Source of the DNA: an uncultured Collinsella sp.
GTDB lineage: Bacteria > Actinomycetota > Coriobacteriia > Coriobacteriales > Coriobacteriaceae
NCBI GenBank assembly: GCA_902470925.1
Contig: CABRIF010000001.1
Span: forward strand, 5,753 to 69,752
Direction: 5' to 3'
Length of the DNA: 64,000 nucleotides
Shown here: positions 57,058 to 64,000 of the stretch, piece by piece
Numbering within the stretch: position 1 is the first letter of the stretch
How the letters are laid out: each line of letters opens with the position of its first letter
Notes under the pieces: model-generated
The model's input: the letters and a program-made list of their open reading frames with translations, nothing else
Databases searched by the model: none
Told to the model about the DNA's origin: nothing
Program-made: the position numbers and the translations under genes

Positions 57058-58455
57058 GTGCTGATAGGACGTCAGGCTGAGCTGGATGCCCTGTGCCGGC
57101 TTTATAACAAGAATGGCTTTCAGATGCCCGTTCTGTTCGGGCGTCGTCGTGTGGGCAAGACGTATCTCATGTCGGAATTTGTTCGCGACAAGCCTGCGAT
57201 TTTCTTCACGGCCGTTGAGGACAACATGACGGTGAATCTGCGCAATCTGAGCCGTGAGATCTACAGCTTCGACCATCCCGGGGGCGATGTTCAACTCGCC
57301 CCCTTATATCCGGATCTGCATACGGCGTTTGAGGCGGTCTTTTCCCGCGCAGAGGGTCAGCGGCTCGTATTCGTTATCGACGAATACCCCTATCTTGCGA
57401 AAGCCGATCCAAGCGTATCGTCTATCTTGCAGGCGCTCGTCGATCGCTCGAAGGATGGCTCACAGCTGTTTCTCATGCTGTGCGGGTCGTCGCTCTCCTT
57501 CATGCGCGAGCAGGTGTTGGGGGAGAAAAGCCCGCTGTACGGTAGGCGTACGGCGCAGCTCGAACTGAAGCCGCTTGATTTTTTCGAGGCCCGTCAGTTC
57601 TTCCCGAATATGGATATGCAGCATGCCGCCCAGCTGTACGGCGCGGTGGGCGGTATACCGTTGTATCTGCAGCAGTTCAGCGATCGCGCGTCGTTTGAGG
57701 ACAACATCAGGGATGTATTTTTAGACCCCTCGTCAATTCTGTTCGAAGAGCCTCTGAACCTTCTCAAGCAGGAGGTGCAGAAATCGGCAACGTATAATGC
57801 GATCATTGGGGCAATCGCCGCGGGTAAAACCGAGAACAACGAAATCGCGACAACAGTCGGTATCGCTTCAAGCGAGCTCACCTACTACTTGAAAGAGCTC
57901 GACCGCATTGGCTTGGTGGAGAAGGAGCGACCGGTGTGCGACGGAAGTCGTCGGCCGGTGTACCGCCTGTCGGATAACATGTTCAGGTTCTGGTATCGCT
58001 TCGTCATGCCCAACCGTTCAACGATTGAACGCCGCATGCCGCAACGTGCGCTATCGGCGGTTTCTCGGTACCTCTCCGTCTATATGGGCGAGGTGTTTGA
58101 GCAGATATGTCGCGAGTGGCTGTGGCGGAGGAACATGAGCGGTGAGCTGCAGGCCGAATTCGATGAGCTGGGACGCTGGTGGGGCAATAATCCTCAGCTG
58201 AGACGCGAGGAAGAGATCGATGTCGTGGGCGTAGCCGATGGGATGCCCGTCTTGGTGGGCGAATGCAAGTGGCGCAATGAGGTCGTTGGATCGGATGTCC
58301 TGGAGACGCTGGATCGGCGTGCGGCGCTGATTCACGCGTCGACGGGGGTGCATCGGTATCTCTTCTCAAAAGCGGGATTCAGCGATGCGCTGCATGAGGT
58401 GGCGGCGCATGATGATCGCCTGCATCTTGTGGGCATTGAGGACATGCTGCGTTAG
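57058..58455 (+). CDS. AAA (archaeal-type) ATPase with wHTH and DUF234/PD-(D/E)xK-like C-terminus
   Basis: GRRRVGKT, VIDEYP, CGSS, LYGRRT, FRFWYRFV, GRWWG..EIDVV..GECKW. Confidence 0.88.
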   Translation: MLIGRQAELDALCRLYNKNGFQMPVLFGRRRVGKTYLMSEFVRDKPAIFFTAVEDNMTVNLRNLSREIYSFDHPGGDVQLAPLYPDLHTAFEAVFSRAEGQRLVFVIDEYPYLAKADPSVSSILQALVDRSKDGSQLFLMLCGSSLSFMREQVLGEKSPLYGRRTAQLELKPLDFFEARQFFPNMDMQHAAQLYGAVGGIPLYLQQFSDRASFEDNIRDVFLDPSSILFEEPLNLLKQEVQKSATYNAIIGAIAAGKTENNEIATTVGIASSELTYYLKELDRIGLVEKERPVCDGSRRPVYRLSDNMFRFWYRFVMPNRSTIERRMPQRALSAVSRYLSVYMGEVFEQICREWLWRRNMSGELQAEFDELGRWWGNNPQLRREEEIDVVGVADGMPVLVGECKWRNEVVGSDVLETLDRRAALIHASTGVHRYLFSKAGFSDALHEVAAHDDRLHLVGIEDMLR

Positions 58456-58703
58456 GTGCTGCGTGCCAAGATGTCGGCTGCATCCGTCGGATGACAAACG
58501 GGGAGGTCCGCCCATACCCCGCATTCCGGGCGCAAGCAATCTATTGGCGCGCAGAGGCTCGGTTGTTTGCTGGCGCGCTGCGCTACGGTGCATCTCGCAT
58601 GCAGGCGGGGTACAGGGGTCGCGTGCGGGTGAATGGGGCGGCGTCTTGCTGGGCGCTTTGGGTTCGCGGTACACTTGCCGCCAAGATCGACCGAGGAGGG
58701 CAT

Positions 58704-59885
58704 GTGGGCAAAGCGCGTGGTAAGGATAGGCGGGCAGGGCGCGGCCGCGGACGGCACGGTGCGGAGCGGGCGGACGCCGCGGTTTCGCCGGAGAGCCTGC
58801 CTGCGCTCGACGCCATGCGGGATGTGCCCTCCTTTTCCGACCTACACCTGGATGATCGCCAGCGCGCGGCGTTCGATGCGTTTGCGCGTGACTTCGAGGC
58901 GCCCGACGAGCTTGCGATCGGGTGCGTGGTCAGGCTCGATCGCGGGTTTCCGCTGATCGCCTGCGCGGACGCAGTGTTCAGGGCCGAGCACGCCGTGGAG
59001 TTCGCCAAAGGCCGCCGGATGGCCGACGACAGCGAGCGACTGCTGCCGGCCGTGGGCGATTGGGTGGCGGTGCGCCGCGCCCCTGGGCATGAGCACGGCG
59101 TGATCGTGCAGGTGCTGCCGCGTCGCACGTCGTTCGTGCGGTGGCGTGGGAAGAGCCGCGGGGAGCGTCAGGTGCTCGCAGCCAACGTCGACGTGATTTT
59201 CATCGTGCAGCCGCTGGGAGCCGACCGCGATACGCCGGGGCTCATGCGCGACCGCGTGGCGCGTTCCATGGTGCTGACGCGCGATTGCGGCGCTGAGCCG
59301 GTGGTGGTGCTTACCAAGGTGGACCGCGTGGAGCCGGACGCGCTGGCAGCTGCTGTGGCGAATGTCCGCGCGCTGGTGGGCGAGCAGGTGCCGGTGATCG
59401 CCACCTCATCGAAGGAGGGGCGCGGCCTCGAGGCGGTGCGTGCCTGCGTGCCGAGCGGTTCGTGCGCCATGATCTTGGGGGAGTCGGGCGCGGGGAAGTC
59501 GACGCTGCTCAACGCCCTGTTGGGGCACGAGGCCCTGGCAACGGGTGCGGTGCGTACGCGCGATGACGCGGGGCGGCACACCACGGTCGCACGCGTGATG
59601 GTGGCGCTGCCTGCACCCTGTGGGGTGGTGGCGGACGCGCCGGGGCTGCGCAGCCTGCCGCTGATGGGGCATGAGCGCGGTCTGGCCCTGGCGTTCCCGG
59701 AGGTAATCGAGGCGGCACGCGCATGCCGTTTCAACGACTGCACCCATACGCATGAGCCGGGTTGCGCGGTGCGCGACGGCGTGGCGCGCGGCGAGATCGC
59801 CGAGGTGCGCGTGGAGGCGTTTTTGTCGCTTGCACGCGAGATGCGCGTGAGCGCTCAGAGTTTGGACCCCGACATCCATCTGTAG
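58704..59885 (+). CDS. rsgA: Ribosome small subunit-dependent GTPase A
   Basis: AVGDWV, AANVD, TKVD, GESGAGKS, GRHTT, DAPG, CRFNDCTH..EPGC. Confidence 0.92.
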   Translation: MGKARGKDRRAGRGRGRHGAERADAAVSPESLPALDAMRDVPSFSDLHLDDRQRAAFDAFARDFEAPDELAIGCVVRLDRGFPLIACADAVFRAEHAVEFAKGRRMADDSERLLPAVGDWVAVRRAPGHEHGVIVQVLPRRTSFVRWRGKSRGERQVLAANVDVIFIVQPLGADRDTPGLMRDRVARSMVLTRDCGAEPVVVLTKVDRVEPDALAAAVANVRALVGEQVPVIATSSKEGRGLEAVRACVPSGSCAMILGESGAGKSTLLNALLGHEALATGAVRTRDDAGRHTTVARVMVALPAPCGVVADAPGLRSLPLMGHERGLALAFPEVIEAARACRFNDCTHTHEPGCAVRDGVARGEIAEVRVEAFLSLAREMRVSAQSLDPDIHL

Positions 59886-60291
59886 GATCGCGTGCTGGTT
59901 GCGCCCGGGTCGGCGCGATGCCGCTGCGTGATCGGAGCGGCTTACAGCGCCGGCTCTAGGATCTCGTGCTGGTTGCACCTGGGTCAATGCAATGCCATCG
60001 CGTCGTCGGGGCGGCTCGCGGAAACGATGCCGACGGTCGCGCTGGCGGCCGAGGCAGGGTCGTTTTGACAGAAACGCTTGCTGGCCGTGGTCGGATGAGG
60101 CGGGATGCTCCGACGACAGGACCGCATGGTGCGTTTGCAGCTGGACGATGGTAATTCTGGCGAGGAGGCCTGGCACGCTTTGCGGCCGGAGTGATGAGGC
60201 GGGCTGCTCCGGCGACAGGACCGCATGGTGCGTTTGCAGCTGGACGACGACTATCCTGGCAAAGAGGCCTGGCGCATTTCGCGACCGGAGT
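59883..60291. repeat. Two pairs of imperfect direct repeats (periods 74 and 99 bp)
   Basis: taggatc..gtgctggttgc at 59883/59957; gatgaggcggg..gacaggaccgcatggtgcgtttgcagctggacga at 60094/60193. Confidence 0.85.
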
Positions 60292-60909
60292 GCGGTCGTT
60301 CTGGTGGTGGGTCCGTGCGTCGTATGTGGCGGCGGGGAGCATCGCTTGGGCGGCAAGGACGGCTAACACGTTTTAATTGAAGCGGGGCTGTTTTGACGGC
60401 ATAGTGTGTTCGCGCTTGCGAGCGCGCGTGTGCGGTGCAGCTTTCGCATCCGTGCGGCGGGCCGATGTGTTCGGGCGTCGACATGTCCCATATGGTGCGG
60501 GATATATGAGTAAACAAGCAGGTCAGATGGTTGTCTGGTGCATGTGCGCGGAGGCTGCCGCCGTGTGCGTGCGAATGACGGGCGCGGGCTTCGCGTGCCG
60601 CTCGGCTCAAGAATTGTGATGAGCGTGTGTGCTCGCAGGGGCTGATGGGGCAGAAAGTTTTCCCGGCATGGGGGCATCGAGAGCTCGTGCCTTTGGCGAA
60701 ATAGGGTGTTTGTATATCCGAATATGTGGATAAGCCGGCCGTTTCTTGCCGCGTGCGGTGCGGACCCTTTCCAGGTCCTGACACGGGCGGAAAGGTTTGG
60801 GTAGGCATCTCGTAAGATTGCGGTTTGCGAATCCGTCCTGAATCGATTGCGCGCTCGTTGCGCCCTGAGAATGGGGGTGCGGTTCGAAGGCGAGCGAGAG
60901 GAGGGCCGG

Positions 60910-61602
60910 ATGAAGCGGAGAACGCGGCTCATGCTGAGCGCGCTTTCGGGTGTTGCCGCGGCGGCGCTGTTCATGCTGTACGCATTGGGTGTGCGGGTGG
61001 AAGCGGAGCAGCAGCGGCGGGAGACGCTCGAGCGTTTTGGAGGCGAGCTGGTTTCTGTATGCGTGGCCCTGCGCGATATCGAACCGGGAGAGGAGATCGA
61101 CGAGGGCAACGTGGCGGTGGAGGAGTGGGCGTCGAGCCTGCTGCCCGCGGATGCGTTGACCTCGCTCTCCGCTTCAGTGGGCAAGACGGCGACATCGCGG
61201 ATACCGAGGCACGCTCCGCTGAGCGGGGCCTACTTCGAGCGGCGTGAAGATGCCGCATCGGTTCCCAAGGGCAAGGTGGCCGTGTCGGTGCCCAGCGGTG
61301 CGGAGCGCGCAGTTGGTGGCGCTTTGGAGCGCGGCGACAGCGTTGACGTGTACGTGACGAACGGAACGGTTGCCGATCGGCTGACGTCGGCAGAGGTGCT
61401 CGATACCAGTGTGCTGGCGGAAGGCGGAGGCGACTTGGCGTGGGTGACGTTGGCGGTCGATCCGAGCGCGGTGAGGGAGCTTTTGGCAGCGACCTCGGCC
61501 GGGGCGGTGTCGCTCGTGGCGCCTGGCGATGGCGTTGATGCGTCGGCGCCCGAGAGCGCCGAGGCCACGGCGCCTGTAGGCGATGGGGGCGATGCGCAAT
61601 GA
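60910..61602 (+). CDS. cpaB: Flp pilus assembly protein CpaB/RcpC (SAF domain)
   Basis: N-terminal TM, VALRDIEPGEEI SAF motif, VPKGKVAVSV..VGG.L..GD.VDV. Confidence 0.8.
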   Translation: MKRRTRLMLSALSGVAAAALFMLYALGVRVEAEQQRRETLERFGGELVSVCVALRDIEPGEEIDEGNVAVEEWASSLLPADALTSLSASVGKTATSRIPRHAPLSGAYFERREDAASVPKGKVAVSVPSGAERAVGGALERGDSVDVYVTNGTVADRLTSAEVLDTSVLAEGGGDLAWVTLAVDPSAVRELLAATSAGAVSLVAPGDGVDASAPESAEATAPVGDGGDAQ

Positions 61603-63140
61603 GCCGGGTTTGGCTGCTGCATGGATGCGACGAGGAGCTGGCTGCCCTGCGCCGCGAGGTGGCGCTGAGGGAGCCTGATGCGTGCCTGGTGTGCGTGCGG
61701 CGCGCGGGTGAGATGGTGCTGGTCGCCGGCGCGCTTGATGGCGCCGGCGTGGCGGCGCTCATCGGGACGACGGGCATGGACCCGTCTGCGCTCGAGGGGC
61801 TGATTGCCGCCTTGCGCGGTATTGAGGGTGTAACGGATATTCTCGTGCGGGCGGACGGGCTCGATGCGGGGGTGCTGGCCCGCTGCTTCTATGCGGGCGC
61901 AACGGAGGTCATCGCGGCAGGGGGCGCCGAGGCGTCTGGTGCTGCCGATAACGAGGCAGTGTGCGGGAAAGAGCTGACAGACCGTGCCGGCCAGGTGGAT
62001 TCTGCGGGCGATGACGACGGGGAGGCGGATGCCGCGCCTGCGACTGCAGGCGTCGGCACGCCTTCGCGAGGCCAAGAGACAGCGGGGCGCACGGGGTCTT
62101 TGAGAATCGCGGTGGATGATCTGGAGACGCCGCCCTGGGAGCCCATCGACGACGGATGCGCGGCGGTGGGCGAGGCGGCGAGTGCTGCGTCCGCACCGCT
62201 GGGGTCGGAGCCTGCGGTGGCCGAAGAGGTGCCGGATGCGCTGCGCGAACGGTTTGCACGGTCGGCGGCAGGGGCGTGCGATTACGGCGCTGCTGCGGGC
62301 GGGGCGCCGCTTATCGCGGTTGTCTCGGGGCGCGGGGGATGCGGTAAGACCACGATCACGGCGGCGATGGCCGCTTGCGCCGCGCGTGCGGGCCTGCGTT
62401 GCGCGGTGTTGGATTTCGATTTGATGCTCGGCAATATGGCTGCGGTCATGGGCATCGATGCGCCGATAGGACTCGATCGGTTGGGTGCATATGGGAGCAG
62501 CGAGCCGATAGCGGAGGCGGATGTGGAGACCACCGCCATGCGCATCGGGCCGGGCCTAACGCTGTGGGGGCCGTGCTTGGAGCCGGAACGGGCCGACCTG
62601 ATCGCGGGCCCGGCCGAGCAGATGATTGAGATGCTGCGCGGGCTTGCCGACGTGCTGTTCGTGGACACATCGGGGTATTGGGGAGACGCCGTTGCGATGG
62701 CGGTCGGCGCGTGCGACCGATGCCTGGTGGTGGGCGGCTCCGGGGCGCCGGACGTGGCATCGGCCCAGCGCGCGATGAAGATCGCAATGCGCTTGGGGGT
62801 ACCTGCGACGCGTATGACCAGCGTGTTCAATCGGCTGGGAGCACCTGGCTGCGGGGAGGACCGGGCGCTTCGGTTCGAGATGGGCGTATCGCTGCGCTCC
62901 CGTGTCCGCATAGCGGACGGAGGGGACGAGGTGGCGTCGATGCTGTCGTTCGGGCATATCGATCGGGTCGTGGCCGGGTCGGGGCCGTTTGCAGACAGCG
63001 TGCGGTCGGCGACGGCCCAGATCTTGCGAGAACTCGGGTGTGACGTGGGGGCGCTGTCTGTGGAGCGACCCGACAACGAGCGGGATGCGCGCCCGCGCGT
63101 GCGCCTGCCGTGGGGCAAGAAGGCAGGTGAGCGGAGATGA
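61599..63140 (+). CDS. CpaE/TadZ-like MinD-family ATPase with receiver-like N-terminus
   Basis: SGRGGCGKTT, LDFDLMLG, FVDT; lies between cpaB and cpaF. Confidence 0.78.
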   Translation: MSRVWLLHGCDEELAALRREVALREPDACLVCVRRAGEMVLVAGALDGAGVAALIGTTGMDPSALEGLIAALRGIEGVTDILVRADGLDAGVLARCFYAGATEVIAAGGAEASGAADNEAVCGKELTDRAGQVDSAGDDDGEADAAPATAGVGTPSRGQETAGRTGSLRIAVDDLETPPWEPIDDGCAAVGEAASAASAPLGSEPAVAEEVPDALRERFARSAAGACDYGAAAGGAPLIAVVSGRGGCGKTTITAAMAACAARAGLRCAVLDFDLMLGNMAAVMGIDAPIGLDRLGAYGSSEPIAEADVETTAMRIGPGLTLWGPCLEPERADLIAGPAEQMIEMLRGLADVLFVDTSGYWGDAVAMAVGACDRCLVVGGSGAPDVASAQRAMKIAMRLGVPATRMTSVFNRLGAPGCGEDRALRFEMGVSLRSRVRIADGGDEVASMLSFGHIDRVVAGSGPFADSVRSATAQILRELGCDVGALSVERPDNERDARPRVRLPWGKKAGERR

Positions 63141-64000
63141 GCCTGTATAGCCGGATGCGGGCGGTGCAGGAGGCCGTAGGGGGCGTTGAGACGGCTGAGC
63201 GGCACCGTGCATGGTCGCCGCGTCTGCGGCAGGCACGCGCCCGCGTGAAGCGCGCGATGATGGAGCGCGTGGGGTTCAGCGAGGTGGCGCGCATCGTGGA
63301 GGGGGCGGACGCCGCGCGGGCGCGTGAGGAGTTGAGGCCGGCTGCCGAGGCGGTCCTGAATGCGGACGCCGATCTTGTGCTCTCGACGGACGAGCGCGAC
63401 GAGCTGCTCGATGAGGTGCTGAACGACGTGGCGGGCTTGGGGCCCTTGCAGCCGCTGCTGGAGGACGACGCGGTGACCGAGATCATGGTCAACGGGAGCT
63501 CGTCGACCTTCATCGAACGTGCGGGCAGGCTGTGCGGCCTTGGCGCCCTGTTCGACGATGACGAGCAGATCAGAATCGCGATCGACCGCATCATTTCGCC
63601 CTTGGGCCGTCGGATCGATGAGCGGAGCCCTACGGTGAACGCTCGCCTGCCGAACGGATACCGTGTCAATGCGGTGATCCCGCCGATTGCGCTCGACGGC
63701 CCGGTGCTGACGATTCGCAAGTTTTCCGATCGCATCAGCTCCCTTGCGCATCTTGAGCGTTTGGGCGCTCTGCCCGCCTGGTATGCCTGGCTGCTGTCGC
63801 GCGCGGTGGAGCTGCGGCAGGATCTGGCGGTGGCGGGAGGCACCGGCTCGGGCAAGACGACCCTGTTGAATGCGCTATCGTGCGAGATTCCCGCCGGTGA
63901 GCGCATCGTGACGATCGAGGACTCAGCTGAGTTGAAATTCTCCCATCACCCTCATGTGGTGCGTCTCGAGGCGCGCGAGGCGTCCATCGAAGGCGAGGGC
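63137..64000 (+). CDS. cpaF: CpaF/TadA pilus assembly ATPase (runs off window)
   Basis: GLGPLQPLL.DD.VTEIMVNG, RRIDE.SP.V.ARLP.G.RVN, TIRKF, GGTGSGKTT, TIEDSAEL. Confidence 0.93.
   Translation, partial: MSLYSRMRAVQEAVGGVETAERHRAWSPRLRQARARVKRAMMERVGFSEVARIVEGADAARAREELRPAAEAVLNADADLVLSTDERDELLDEVLNDVAGLGPLQPLLEDDAVTEIMVNGSSSTFIERAGRLCGLGALFDDDEQIRIAIDRIISPLGRRIDERSPTVNARLPNGYRVNAVIPPIALDGPVLTIRKFSDRISSLAHLERLGALPAWYAWLLSRAVELRQDLAVAGGTGSGKTTLLNALSCEIPAGERIVTIEDSAELKFSHHPHVVRLEAREASIEGEG

Noticed and set aside
60725..60733. DnaA box TGTGGATAA as a replication origin
   Set aside because: Single copy, no cluster and no dnaA nearby.

Overview
High-GC chromosomal segment. Gene content, an LPxTG surface protein and a tad locus suggest a gut Coriobacteriia such as Collinsella or Enorma (inference). 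In order: (1) 1-14.2 kb, sulfatase, anaerobic sulfatase maturase and TauE exporter linked to a tagatose-6-P pathway (lacA, lacB, lacC-like kinase, class II aldolase, DeoR); a repeat-flanked AraC/DUF5107-TPR module sits between lacB and the kinase; (2) 15-23 kb, an L-ascorbate-type PTS operon with ulaG, ulaE and ulaF but no ulaD, plus a beta-propeller gene; (3) an initiator tRNA-Met followed by a decayed island (XRE fragment, VirD4-like fragment, 253-bp IS481 derivative, Fic, VbhA-like gene); (4) a mannose-family PTS with a frameshifted IIC, MarR and a cupin sugar-phosphate isomerase; (5) mostly core genes: GNAT, DMT, recQ, a surface GH84, metA, 5-FCL, a DNA glycosylase, M16 peptidase, NERD protein, pcrA, pyk, yhcH, a P-type ATPase, an AAA-DUF234 protein, rsgA and the start of a tad pilus locus. 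The most unusual signal is non-coding: a ~670-bp mirror-symmetric array of a bipartite GATGGAC-N6-CGAACCC motif at 30/41-bp spacing around a 21-bp core, with a miniature copy 6 kb away. Others are a second dispersed repeat family and a leader that could fold into a Shine-Dalgarno-sequestering pseudoknot. No CRISPR array or rRNA was seen. All calls come from reading motifs by eye; no searches were run.
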